From an uncultured bacterium (GTDB taxonomy: Bacteria > Patescibacteriota > Saccharimonadia > Saccharimonadales > 2-12-FULL-41-12): DNA of 49,910 bases. Numbering within the stretch: position 1 is the stretch's first letter; each line of letters starts with the position of its first letter. Both the position numbers and the translations under genes were made by a program. Below are positions 1-9,282 of this stretch, in pieces. The stretch is from positions 141,929-191,838 of the forward strand of contig CAWIAU010000002.1 in assembly GCA_963834265.1 (NCBI GenBank). The letters are read 5' to 3'. Under the pieces are notes generated by a model. That model had not been told where the DNA came from. It saw only the letters and a program-made list of their open reading frames with translations, and ran no database searches.

Positions 1-685
1 TGTATTGGCTCATACCGGTCAACAATTTGTCGATAAAAGAGTCGTAATATCCGGATCCGGGAATGTCGCGGTATTTGCTGCTCAGAAAGCCATTCAATCA
101 GGAGCCAAAGTACTGACTATGAGTGACTCTGATGGTTTTATTTATGATCCGAATGGCATCAATGTTGACAGGCTGAATTTCATACAGGAACTTAAAGAAG
201 TGCGGCGTGGACGTATCAAAGAATATACAGATAATTTTGAGGGCACTACTTATCATGCCGGTCAGGCACCCTGGTCAGTCGCATCTGATATCTATCTGCC
301 CTGTGCCACTCAGAACGAAATTGACGAAAAGCAGGCAGCAATTATTATTTCCCATAAACCTCTGCTTATTGCAGAGGGAGCTAATATGCCGACATCACCG
401 GCCGCAATTAAGCTTATCCGGAATGCCGGTATTTTATTTGTCCCGGGCAAAGCCGGTAATGCCGGTGGTGTTGCCGTTTCAGCACTGGAAATGAGTCAGA
501 ATGTTACGAAATTATCATTATCGCCTGATGATATTGATACCCGGCTACAACAGATCATGCATGATATCCACGGGAAATGTGTACAGTACGGTGCTGAGCA
601 GGAGCAGGTTGATTATCTGCGCGGAGCCAATACCGCGGGATTCGTACGAGTTGCTAATGCTATGATTGAACAAGGGGTAGTATAA
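1..685 (+). CDS. gdhA: NAD(P)-specific glutamate dehydrogenase, C-terminal part (5' end outside window)
   Basis: SGSGNVA nucleotide-binding motif, PCATQNEI, EGANMP, PGKAGNAGGVAVSALEMSQN, GANTAGFVRVANAMIEQGVV end. Confidence 0.93.
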   Translation, partial: VLAHTGQQFVDKRVVISGSGNVAVFAAQKAIQSGAKVLTMSDSDGFIYDPNGINVDRLNFIQELKEVRRGRIKEYTDNFEGTTYHAGQAPWSVASDIYLPCATQNEIDEKQAAIIISHKPLLIAEGANMPTSPAAIKLIRNAGILFVPGKAGNAGGVAVSALEMSQNVTKLSLSPDDIDTRLQQIMHDIHGKCVQYGAEQEQVDYLRGANTAGFVRVANAMIEQGVV

Positions 686-697
686 AATAACTCTTTC

Positions 698-1672
698 ATG
701 GTAACCACTTTATTAGTTATTACATTAGTTTTTCTGGCAGCAGTCTGTTCGGGACTTAATATTGCCTTGATGTCTCTCCGTCCGGCTGAACTCAGGCGCA
801 AGGTAAAGCTGGGCAACCGCGACGCCAAACGGGTTTATCCGTTTCGCAAAAATGCTCATCTAACTCTATCCGCTATATTGCTGTCGAATGTCGCTTTTGC
901 CTCAGCCACAGCATTGGTACTCGGCAGTGCATTCAATGGCTTTATTGCCGGTGCGCTTAGCACGCTGTTACTGGTTGTGTTCAGCGAACTTGCACCCCAG
1001 TCACTCTTTGCCAAACATGCCCTCAGGTCTACCTCGCTACTGGCTCCTCTGCTCAGACTAATGGTAATTGTCACCTATCCTGTCTCTAAACCTCTGCAGC
1101 TGTTGATGGACAGACTCTTCGGCACACATGACGGCTCGGGCCTGCATAGTCGCCGCGAGCTGGGACTTATGATTAGTGAACATCTGGGTCAGATAGATAG
1201 TGAACTCGACGAAGATGAGGTAGAGATTATAAAAGGTGCGTTGCTATTGAGCGAGAAGCAGGTCACCGATATAATGACTCCTATTGAACGCGTGTACTGG
1301 ATTCAGCACGATACTATCATTGATGGCGACAAGATAGATGAAATCAAAGCAGCCGGACGCAGTCGTATCCCGATATTTAATGCTAACCTAACCAAATGTT
1401 ATGGCATTCTGCTAATGAAGGATCTGATCGATATTGACTTTGATGAACAGAATCTCCGCTTAGATCAGTTACGGCTGCACGCAACAAAGCTGGTTGGAGC
1501 CCGAACAGCACTTGATACGATGTTCCGGCGTTTTATTGCTGCCCGCACTCACCTGATCCCGGTAGAAAAAAATGATCAGATAGCCGGCATTATAACGATC
1601 GAAGACTTACTGGAAGAAATTATAGGCCACGAAATTATTGACGAGTCCGATTTCGACAACAAGCGAACTTAA
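698..1672 (+). CDS. CNNM/DUF21 + CBS domain membrane protein (CorC/hemolysin-like Mg2+ transport-associated)
   Basis: N-terminal hydrophobic DUF21 (CSGLNIAL, FSELAPQS), CBS pair (VTDIMTP, SRIPIF, GIITIEDLLEEIIGHEIIDE). Confidence 0.9.
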   Translation: MVTTLLVITLVFLAAVCSGLNIALMSLRPAELRRKVKLGNRDAKRVYPFRKNAHLTLSAILLSNVAFASATALVLGSAFNGFIAGALSTLLLVVFSELAPQSLFAKHALRSTSLLAPLLRLMVIVTYPVSKPLQLLMDRLFGTHDGSGLHSRRELGLMISEHLGQIDSELDEDEVEIIKGALLLSEKQVTDIMTPIERVYWIQHDTIIDGDKIDEIKAAGRSRIPIFNANLTKCYGILLMKDLIDIDFDEQNLRLDQLRLHATKLVGARTALDTMFRRFIAARTHLIPVEKNDQIAGIITIEDLLEEIIGHEIIDESDFDNKRT

Positions 1673-1687
1673 GAGTTTGTTCATGAT

Positions 1688-2335
1688 CTAACATTGTTTT
1701 TGCTGACTCTTTCGCCAACGTTCAATTTCACCGTGATTGCCGCTTAGCAACACCTCTGGTACTTTAATGTTGCGGTAAACATCCGGCCTGGTATACTGCG
1801 GGAACTCCAGCAACGAACCGTCACTGAAGCTTTCGATCTCAGCGCTTGACGCACCGCCTAATACTCCCGGTAATAATCGCACTACGCTATCTATAACTAC
1901 CATAGCTGGCAGTTCTCCGCCGGTCAGTATGTAATCACCAATGGATATTTGTTCATCGACAAATTCTGTTACCCGCTCATCATAGCCTTCGTAGCGGGCG
2001 CAAACAAAGATCAGATCCTGTCCTGCAGTCGCTAACTCCCGTGCCTTAGCCTGGTCGAAGCGTTTTCCGCGGGGAGTCATCAAAATTACTTTTGAATTTT
2101 TGGTTACATTTCTGGCTGCTTCGATGGCCGTACTTAACGGTTCCACTTGCAACAACATGCCGTCCCCGCCGCCATACGGAGTATCGTCAACTGTTTTACG
2201 CCGGCCCTTGCCGAAATCTCTCAGATTAATATATTCAAACTCAACAATTCTCCTGTCTTTTGCCTTCCAAAGCATGCTGGTCTCCAGAACACCAGGGAAC
2301 ATTTCAGGAAATAAGCTTATGGTCTGAATTTTCAT
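1688..2335 (-). CDS. trmD: tRNA (guanine37-N1)-methyltransferase
   Basis: VDDTPYGGGDGM, RYEGYDERV, SIGDYILTGGE, VPEVLLSGNH. Confidence 0.98.
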   Translation of the reverse strand: MKIQTISLFPEMFPGVLETSMLWKAKDRRIVEFEYINLRDFGKGRRKTVDDTPYGGGDGMLLQVEPLSTAIEAARNVTKNSKVILMTPRGKRFDQAKARELATAGQDLIFVCARYEGYDERVTEFVDEQISIGDYILTGGELPAMVVIDSVVRLLPGVLGGASSAEIESFSDGSLLEFPQYTRPDVYRNIKVPEVLLSGNHGEIERWRKSQQKQC

Positions 2336-2437
2336 CCCGTTAGAAACCTCTTAAATTTCTATTATTCGGTGACCGTCTGCGCTTACAAACCTTTACGCCC
2401 ACACGAATACCAGAAACTTTCTGTTTTCTAACGGGAT

Positions 2438-2863
2438 TCATGCGGTTGTTGCCTTGGCATAGATAAGAATTGACAATCCGATGAGTACAAAAACCAGACC
2501 AAAGCCTTCGATCAAAGCAATTTTTTCTTTGAAGATAAAATAGCTTAGCACACCCGTAAGCAAAATTGCGCCGCCATAAACAACGGGTACTACCAACGCC
2601 ACTTTGTTTTCACTAAAGCTTTTACTTAGTGCCATAACATATAAACCTACAGCTAAACCGCATAATACCGACATTATTATGCCAAACTTCTGATTACCGG
2701 AATTTTGTTTTATATTTGTAGTCAGAATATACATTAAGGGCACAAAGCCACCTACAAGACTGGTTACGATCGCCACTATCGCAGGATGAGCATGTCGTGC
2801 TGCGACAGTGTTGAGCATAATAGTAATTGTAAAGAATACTAAAGTTAATAATATATAAATCAT
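2438..2863 (-). CDS. EamA/DMT-family small membrane transporter
   Basis: About 5 TM helices, VVPV, 'LSYFIFKEKI...GLVFVLIG' DMT-like end. Confidence 0.75.
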   Translation of the reverse strand: MIYILLTLVFFTITIMLNTVAARHAHPAIVAIVTSLVGGFVPLMYILTTNIKQNSGNQKFGIIMSVLCGLAVGLYVMALSKSFSENKVALVVPVVYGGAILLTGVLSYFIFKEKIALIEGFGLVFVLIGLSILIYAKATTA

Positions 2864-2928
2864 TTATTGTTTTCTAACATTATTTCGGGATAGGTTCTAA
2901 TAATAACAGATCATGGAGCTCTTAAAAT

Positions 2929-2959
2929 AAAAAATCCCGGGATTATCCGGGATTTTTTT
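2929..2959. terminator. Intrinsic terminator (bidirectional-looking) downstream of khpA
   Basis: AAAAAATCCCGG-gattat-CCGGGATTTTTT inverted repeat with A/T tails. Confidence 0.8.
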
Positions 2960-3039
2960 ATCACATAAGGCTCCAATTCGTTTTTGACGCGAACCGCTCG
3001 CATGAGCCTGATAGTTTTTGTTTTGTGTAACAGCTATTA

Positions 3040-3522
3040 CTATACATCAAGATCATCGAGATCTGCAAGCTCCTGCCTGGTGCGGGCTGCACTGTCACTT
3101 GATTTGCGCTCTTCGGGCTTTGCTTCTTCCGGTGGTTCGGGTTCAGCCACAGGCTCATTCTGAGGTTGAGTTTTTTCGCTGGGATCACTAGGTGCGCTGC
3201 TGACAGAATCATTATTGTTACCTTCTTCTTCACCGCCCCATGACCCTCCACCGGAAGGCGGTGCGGCACTACGCTCCGGCCCGTTATCTATAATCTTCAG
3301 ATTGTAGCGGGCATCATTTTTGGTACCAAGTGCCCGCAGCAATGTGCGCACACTTTGTGCTGTAGCCCCACGCTTGCCGATAACGCGGCCCAAATCCTCC
3401 GGATCGACAGTTAACTCCAGTAAAACCCCTTTTTCGTCGACACTTCGCTCTACCTGAACGGCATCCGGATTGCTTACTAATGACTTTATAACGAACTCTA
3501 CGAATTGTTGGTCAATACTCAC
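3040..3522 (-). CDS. khpA: KH-domain RNA-binding protein KhpA with acidic low-complexity C-tail
   Basis: LELTVDPEDLGRVIGKRGATAQSVRTLL (GxxG loop), upstream of trmD. Confidence 0.92.
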   Translation of the reverse strand: MSIDQQFVEFVIKSLVSNPDAVQVERSVDEKGVLLELTVDPEDLGRVIGKRGATAQSVRTLLRALGTKNDARYNLKIIDNGPERSAAPPSGGGSWGGEEEGNNNDSVSSAPSDPSEKTQPQNEPVAEPEPPEEAKPEERKSSDSAARTRQELADLDDLDV

Positions 3523-3656
3523 AGGTTTCCTCTCGGATTAGTAGTTTAACAATAATCATTATAACATGTCGGTTATGGCAAATATTTGCCGGAAATATCT
3601 GTCCCCCGACGAGGCTTGTGTCCTCACTCTTTTGAAAAAAGTTAAAACGCTCAAGG

Positions 3657-3685
3657 TTGACTTCTCTCACTGTGGACAGTAGGAT
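3657..3685 (+). promoter_or_regulatory. sigma70-type promoter, probably leaderless, for the CHAP gene
   Basis: TTGACT-17 nt-TAGGAT, ATG 6 nt downstream. Confidence 0.6.
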
Positions 3686-3691
3686 GGTATT

Positions 3692-4303
3692 ATGTTATTA
3701 AAATTTTTTCCGGATAACGGGTCGCTCATCAGGGAAACTTTCAGAGATCCCGGCATGAAGTCACTAGTGCTAAAAATGGGAATTTATTACGGAGTAATTC
3801 TTTGTATAACCATGAGTATGTTCGGATTCGTGTCTGCGCAGAATAACGGATTACAGGTAAACAATCTGGCTGCTCAGGATACATATACACCCCCTGTCAC
3901 CCTACTATTGCCCGATCCGCCCAAAGCACCACCACCTGTTCAGTCTCCGGCCACTATAGCCAGCGCTACTTCTACTCCACCGCCGATTCCCGCGCCAGCT
4001 GGTCGGACTGCTGGTAATCCATACGCTGCTGGTAATTGTACGTGGTATGCCAAAAGTCGCCGTCCCGACATCCCCAGCAATCTTGGCAATGCCAATACCT
4101 GGGTATCCCGCTCAAGAGCGCAGGGTATTCCTACCGGAACAATTCCAAAAGTCGGTGCAATCGGCCAGCGTCATATGCATGTTGTATATATCGAAAGCGT
4201 AAATGCCGATGGTACGGTAACTCTGAGTGAGATGAACTACAGTGGCCTTGGTGTTGTCAGTAAGCGGACCGTTCCTGCCAATCATTTCCAATACATATAT
4301 TAG
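3692..4303 (+). CDS. Secreted CHAP-domain peptidoglycan hydrolase with Pro-rich linker
   Basis: NPYAAGNCTWYA...LGNANTW...HVVYIESVNADGTVTLSEMNY (Cys/His CHAP motif); hydrophobic N-terminal segment. Confidence 0.9.
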   Translation: MLLKFFPDNGSLIRETFRDPGMKSLVLKMGIYYGVILCITMSMFGFVSAQNNGLQVNNLAAQDTYTPPVTLLLPDPPKAPPPVQSPATIASATSTPPPIPAPAGRTAGNPYAAGNCTWYAKSRRPDIPSNLGNANTWVSRSRAQGIPTGTIPKVGAIGQRHMHVVYIESVNADGTVTLSEMNYSGLGVVSKRTVPANHFQYIY

Positions 4304-4336
4304 GTTTATAGAAACAAACTTTTTTATACTATCGAT

Positions 4337-4801
4337 ATGAGCATACATGAAGAAGTTGTAGCCGCAGTAATCCCCGGAATTTACGCGGATACAGAAGCAA
4401 TACTGCGCGGGGAGAGAGGTGTTGGACTGTATACTGATCCTTCCCATAGTAAAAAATGCGGTATGATGACTCTCGAATTACTCAAGGAGCTTCGGGCCCG
4501 ACATTTACCCGCCAGGCGGGAGCTACACGAATCTTGGTTAGGCTCGCATTTTATTATTGTTCATACAATGGAAGGCGAAGAACCGTCTCCGGACGATATC
4601 GTAACCGAGCTCAATCCATGGCAGCACGGACCAACCAATCGTACTGGTTATCTCCACGGCAACCGGACGCAGGTAAATCAAATTATAGCCCGATCCGGTG
4701 CCCCAATGGTATTGAGGAGCCTCAACACCATTACCATTTCCCACACCACATCTCCGACAGCAACACTTGCTCACGCAGAATTTATACCGCTAAATAGCTA
4801 A
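4337..4801 (+). CDS. Hypothetical protein, possible papain/transglutaminase-like Cys-His-acid fold
   Basis: 154-aa ORF, TATACT 6 nt before ATG; KKCG..., SHFII, ELNPWQ spacing. Confidence 0.55.
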   Translation: MSIHEEVVAAVIPGIYADTEAILRGERGVGLYTDPSHSKKCGMMTLELLKELRARHLPARRELHESWLGSHFIIVHTMEGEEPSPDDIVTELNPWQHGPTNRTGYLHGNRTQVNQIIARSGAPMVLRSLNTITISHTTSPTATLAHAEFIPLNS

Positions 4802-4922
4802 AAAAAACGGCTTCATAAATTATAAAGCAGTATTTGGTTTAGAAATATGAGCGTTTAGCAGAGTATATTACCCTGATCCATTATCTACCTAATAGGCAAA
4901 AACCGAATCAATATCTTATACA

Positions 4923-4951
4923 TTGCTTTATTAATGTTTTTGTGTTACAAT
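4923..4951 (+). promoter_or_regulatory. sigma70-type promoter
   Basis: TTGCTT-17 nt-TACAAT, ATG 8 nt downstream. Confidence 0.55.
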
Positions 4952-4959
4952 AATATGAT

Positions 4960-6042
4960 ATGTCTGTCGAAATAGACCCACCCGCAAAGCAAGCTACTGA
5001 TGGAAGAGCAGCCTATATGAAATGCCCGGGCTTTATCCTGTTTACTCATGTGGGCGATACACTGCTTGATTATATGGGCGAAGAGGCAGGTTTACCATTT
5101 GCCGAAAAGAATTATTCAACGCTCCTTGATGACAGCCGGGGTTTATTCAACTCTAATGTTGGCTTGAGCCTTATCATAGCTAAACAGATGAATCAGGTTC
5201 CCCATAGAGGCCACGATTCGGAGATAGGGAAAAAACTTTCTAATCAAAGATGTCACTTCTATGGTTTGACCGAAGACGAGAAAGCAGAAGCTGCAAAACA
5301 CACTTATGACTTTGGCCTCGATGATCTGGAATTTCCGTGGCATTTTTCTGCGGGGCTCGCTACCGCTGCTATACACAGTTTCACAGGACTCGGAATGATC
5401 AGTAAAGATGAAGCAGCAAACTTATCAATTAGTGATTGGGCGAATATTATTGATAGTAACTGGTTCAGCGAATTAACTCACGATCTTGCACTGACGGGAT
5501 TTGGGGTTTACAGATCGTTTGGCAAAGAATTAGCTGATTATAAGTATGGTGCACTCATGGCTTACGTCGAAGAAGCATGTCATAGGTATACTCTGATCCA
5601 GCCCGAGATGAATATTCTTAAGGCGTACGAGAAAGAAGACCCTGAAAAAAGTTTGTTTTATCTGGCTACCAGGCTTGATCCTGCTTATAAGCCTCTCCTG
5701 AGAACAATCAGGCAAAAGAGCTCCCACCTAAACCCCAAAATAAGAGGCAAATCTATAGGCTGCCCCGTAGCACGAACCGCAGCCATATTACCCGCAGATT
5801 ATGAAACATCAATGCCCCGCGCGCAACGTCTTATCGAGCTGGGCCATTTATCGGTGTCGGAGACCGGCAATGGTGATGGTACGGTTTTAGCTACGCAGGA
5901 AGAATCGGTTATAGACAGGACTTTGGGATTTATCGCAAAGCAACTGCGCGAATACGACCGGGAGTACGGCACTCCGATACTGACAGATACCCGCGTAAAG
6001 CACGCCAGATTGCCTGTGAGCAAAGTACTAATTCGTGCCTGA
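4960..6042 (+). CDS. Hypothetical protein (360 aa)
   Basis: Long ORF with own promoter; no recognised family; CP motifs KCPG and IGCPV. Confidence 0.7.
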   Translation: MSVEIDPPAKQATDGRAAYMKCPGFILFTHVGDTLLDYMGEEAGLPFAEKNYSTLLDDSRGLFNSNVGLSLIIAKQMNQVPHRGHDSEIGKKLSNQRCHFYGLTEDEKAEAAKHTYDFGLDDLEFPWHFSAGLATAAIHSFTGLGMISKDEAANLSISDWANIIDSNWFSELTHDLALTGFGVYRSFGKELADYKYGALMAYVEEACHRYTLIQPEMNILKAYEKEDPEKSLFYLATRLDPAYKPLLRTIRQKSSHLNPKIRGKSIGCPVARTAAILPADYETSMPRAQRLIELGHLSVSETGNGDGTVLATQEESVIDRTLGFIAKQLREYDREYGTPILTDTRVKHARLPVSKVLIRA

Positions 6043-6139
6043 ACTTATATTATCCGGCTTTTATTTGCCTGGTAAATAGTCGGGATATTTAATTGTGCTT
6101 ATTCTTGCATACATCCTATGAGCTGTGTATTGTTCTGGC

Positions 6140-6769
6140 ATGGCCAGCGAAAGAGAAATATCATATACAATCAGCCAGCCTGTTAGCGGACCGGACATTA
6201 CTGATGCATGTAATGAGCTCGCTGAATTAACGGCTGATCAGGAGGGGGTCACACTTCATCATCCGGAAGCCACTGACGGTTCCGGATTACGCTTATTATT
6301 TTTAGCAGCTCGTGAGTCAAGATCCCGGCTCGGGTTAGGACCTATGGCATACGAAGTATTTATGCAGGACCCTGGAACTCATGCTGCAGTATTAGAACGA
6401 TTTGACACAACAAGTACTTCCAGACTTATGGCCACGGGGACCATAGTGGATACATATTCGTCGTCGTCATTTGCCCGGGGTATTTATCTTGATTTACTAC
6501 CCAAAGATCAGAGAGCTGTAATTACGCAGCGAAAAAGGATTTGTAGCGGTATATCAGTCGCTAGTGTCGTTTCCGGCATCCGCCAATCCAAACCAAACTG
6601 GGGCACACATAGTAATGCCCGTATTAAACTTGCTACAATAGCCCGCGAGACAGTCGATGAAGAAACGGCATGGAAGTGGACAGAAGATCTCGATAAATAT
6701 TTTTCCACCGCGGTATTTCTCGGACATTTAAACCTGGCCGGTCGTCAGCCCGATTCGGGTCGCTTATAA
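6140..6769 (+). CDS. Hypothetical protein
   Basis: Long ORF (track start GTG 6125; ATG 6140 preferred); no recognised motifs. Confidence 0.6.
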   Translation: MASEREISYTISQPVSGPDITDACNELAELTADQEGVTLHHPEATDGSGLRLLFLAARESRSRLGLGPMAYEVFMQDPGTHAAVLERFDTTSTSRLMATGTIVDTYSSSSFARGIYLDLLPKDQRAVITQRKRICSGISVASVVSGIRQSKPNWGTHSNARIKLATIARETVDEETAWKWTEDLDKYFSTAVFLGHLNLAGRQPDSGRL

Positions 6770-6826
6770 ACAAATATATTATTCCGATACGTCAATCATT
6801 ACAACTATTTATAATTAATATACTAA

Positions 6827-7243
6827 TTAAGTTGGCTTCAGCGTTTTTACCAGCTCGTCGAGGACTTCGGCTCTGGTTAGTTTATTTTTGATGGTGCATT
6901 CCCAGATTATTAATACTTTCCAGCCTTGAGATTGAAGTTTTGCTATATTTCTTTTATCACGTTCGGCATTTCTCTTTAGTTTCTCTGACCAGAATTCAAT
7001 ATTGCTTTTGGGCATAATGGAATTGGCACAGCCATGACAGTGCCAGAAACAACCATGGACAAAGATTGCAACTTTGTATCCCGGGAACACTATATCCGGT
7101 CGGCCCGGAAGCTTCGCATGGACTCTATATCGCAGGCCCTGACTGAACAGATAGCGCCGCACAAATAGTTCCGACTTGGTATTTTTGCCCTTTATAGCAG
7201 CCATATTTTTGGATCGGATCAGAGGAGTATGAACGTCAGCCAT
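6827..7243 (-). CDS. vsr: Very short patch repair endonuclease
   Basis: RSKNMAAIKGKNTKSE, LPGRPDIV, FVHGCFWHCH, GWKVLIIWEC. Confidence 0.96.
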   Translation of the reverse strand: MADVHTPLIRSKNMAAIKGKNTKSELFVRRYLFSQGLRYRVHAKLPGRPDIVFPGYKVAIFVHGCFWHCHGCANSIMPKSNIEFWSEKLKRNAERDKRNIAKLQSQGWKVLIIWECTIKNKLTRAEVLDELVKTLKPT

Positions 7244-7258
7244 ACAAAGAATACCAGG

Positions 7259-8257
7259 CTAAATTTTGGCAAAAACTTTTGGTTGCAAGGTCGACTCTAT
7301 GGGGACAAACTCTTTCAGATCATTTTGAGCAGGCGAAAACTGACTATCAAGATATGGCGCCAGTTGTTGTGCAACTGATCGTATAGCAGGCACAGCAACG
7401 GCATTACCGAATTGTCTGTATGCCTGCGTATCACTAACAGGTATTTTGAAGTTCTCCGGAAATCCCTGTAATCTCGCGGCCTCTCTGGGCGTAAGCTTGC
7501 GGGGATTATTTCCCTTTTGTTCTATCAGAATTTCGGATCCGTCTTTGTAGTACCGCGCAGAAATAGTGCTGGTATAGGCTGAATTTTTATTGAATAGCGA
7601 ATAGCCGAATCCATTGCCTTTGGCAGCATGGTCTGCTTTGCGCCGCTGATGGCTGGTCCATAATTTATCAGAAAGCGTATACTTATCATCGACATTTTTC
7701 TCAAGGATATCACCCAGCTTCACAGGAATCTCAGGTGGATCAGCGAAAGCAAAATCATAGTCATCGCGGAGCGCAATAATAAATATTCTTTCCCTGTTCT
7801 GAGGTACACCGAAATCTTTGGCGTTATGAATTTTGTACCAGACTTTATAGCCCAGATCTTCTTCCAAAGTCTTTTTGATAGTCTCAAAAGTCCGGCCTTT
7901 GTCATGACCCAGAAGACCTTTTACGTTTTCTAAAAATAAGGCCTTGGGTTTGTGGTGCTCAACAATCTTAGCAATACTGAAGAACAGAGTGCCTCTGGTA
8001 TCTTCAAAGCCTTTTTTTAACCCGGCATGAGAGAAAGGCTGGCATGGAAAGCCGGCTAACAGAATATCAAAGGCCGGAATATCAGAAGGTTTAACCAGAG
8101 TTATATCGCCGGCAGGCATCTCGCCGAAATTTGCCTTATATGTAATCTGAGCAAATTTATCCCACTCTGAAGTAAAGACACAGGTACCACCTATTTCATC
8201 AAACGGGATGCGTATGCCGCCTATACCTGCGAACAGATCAATAAATCTAAACCCCAT
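7259..8257 (-). CDS. DNA (cytosine-5)-methyltransferase, M.NlaX/M.SsoII-like (probably CCNGG)
   Basis: FIDLFAGIGG, GFPCQPFS, ENVKGL, QNRERIF, TISARYYKDGSEILIEQ, GNAVAVP; ATG 8257 follows TATAAT and AAGGTG (track start 8275). Confidence 0.95.
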   Translation of the reverse strand: MGFRFIDLFAGIGGIRIPFDEIGGTCVFTSEWDKFAQITYKANFGEMPAGDITLVKPSDIPAFDILLAGFPCQPFSHAGLKKGFEDTRGTLFFSIAKIVEHHKPKALFLENVKGLLGHDKGRTFETIKKTLEEDLGYKVWYKIHNAKDFGVPQNRERIFIIALRDDYDFAFADPPEIPVKLGDILEKNVDDKYTLSDKLWTSHQRRKADHAAKGNGFGYSLFNKNSAYTSTISARYYKDGSEILIEQKGNNPRKLTPREAARLQGFPENFKIPVSDTQAYRQFGNAVAVPAIRSVAQQLAPYLDSQFSPAQNDLKEFVPIESTLQPKVFAKI

Positions 8258-8306
8258 GGACACCTTTCTTAACAATACGATACATAAGTATTATACCGTT
8301 TAATAC

Positions 8307-9197
8307 TTAGCGGTTCCAATATTCTATAACGTGGGGCATTTCATAAGTAAAGAAATTTTCAAATGACTGAACATTTTGCTGATCCGGAAATTTGGCATCT
8401 TTGATCCGGCCATAGATTATAAGAGTAATGTTATATCTGTTTATTGTGTTCGTGACATTCTGCGTAATGTCTTCGTCTACTGTGAGCAGATAAATATGCG
8501 GTACATTCGTCCGGCTGATCTCCTCTGCTACTTCCTGCCAACGTTCCCGTAGGGTTGTTTTGGCAGTGACCACCGCGCTTTTTGAGCGGTTTTGGATATA
8601 TTTCTCTGCACCCGGCACCAACAGATCGACTTTTTTACCAAGTCCGTGCTTGGTAAAGAATTCTGTGCCTACAGAAGATTGGGTATCATACGGATATTCA
8701 AATACGTCCATGAGAGATTCGATCAGCCTTTCAAATGTCTGGCCTGCACGTGTCCTCCGTGATTGCGTGGTACTTAGACTCAGATCATAAATATAGGGCA
8801 TAACTCTGCCCGCATATTCGCCAATAAGCTCTGATATCCTTTTATTGAACTCGTCCGAAGATAACTGCGGGTTTAAATTACTGAATTCGCCCGCCCGGAG
8901 TAGCTGAATAAGGATGTCCCGGGGTAGTTCCCGGGTTTTGAATAAGTACGTGAGTACGGCTGCATGAAACTTCGCCTCATCAATGAGATAAAGCTGCCAT
9001 ACTTCTTCCCGCGTTGAAGAGATAACTTCATCCAGATTATGGGCAATATTTTCTTTGGTGAGCCCTTTTGCGTCAATAATTTCTTTGGCATAAAATTTGG
9101 GCTCCTTAACATGCTCACCGCGAAATTTTTTAATCACGTCCCGCCACCATGCTTTTTCGGCTTCGGGCAGATAAACAATAAAATTATCCGGATTCAT
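8307..9197 (-). CDS. Type II restriction endonuclease, SsoII/EcoRII-C family
   Basis: QSRRTRAGQTFE, KVDLLVP, KTTLRERWQEV; start placed at ATG 9197 (296 aa) because the track extension to 9446 overlaps a divergent gene. Confidence 0.9.
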   Translation of the reverse strand: MNPDNFIVYLPEAEKAWWRDVIKKFRGEHVKEPKFYAKEIIDAKGLTKENIAHNLDEVISSTREEVWQLYLIDEAKFHAAVLTYLFKTRELPRDILIQLLRAGEFSNLNPQLSSDEFNKRISELIGEYAGRVMPYIYDLSLSTTQSRRTRAGQTFERLIESLMDVFEYPYDTQSSVGTEFFTKHGLGKKVDLLVPGAEKYIQNRSKSAVVTAKTTLRERWQEVAEEISRTNVPHIYLLTVDEDITQNVTNTINRYNITLIIYGRIKDAKFPDQQNVQSFENFFTYEMPHVIEYWNR

Positions 9198-9282
9198 ATT
9201 TAATGCTATGTTAGCATTTTCAGAGCTGTTTATATAATTTCGACTCTTTATCTGGTCTGAATATTGTGTTATAACTTGTTTT

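Noticed and set aside
3715-3752. Riboswitch (c-di-AMP/c-di-GMP) ahead of the CHAP gene, suggested by a GAAA-capped hairpin
   Set aside because: Lacks the conserved motifs of those riboswitches and lies within the probable leaderless coding region.
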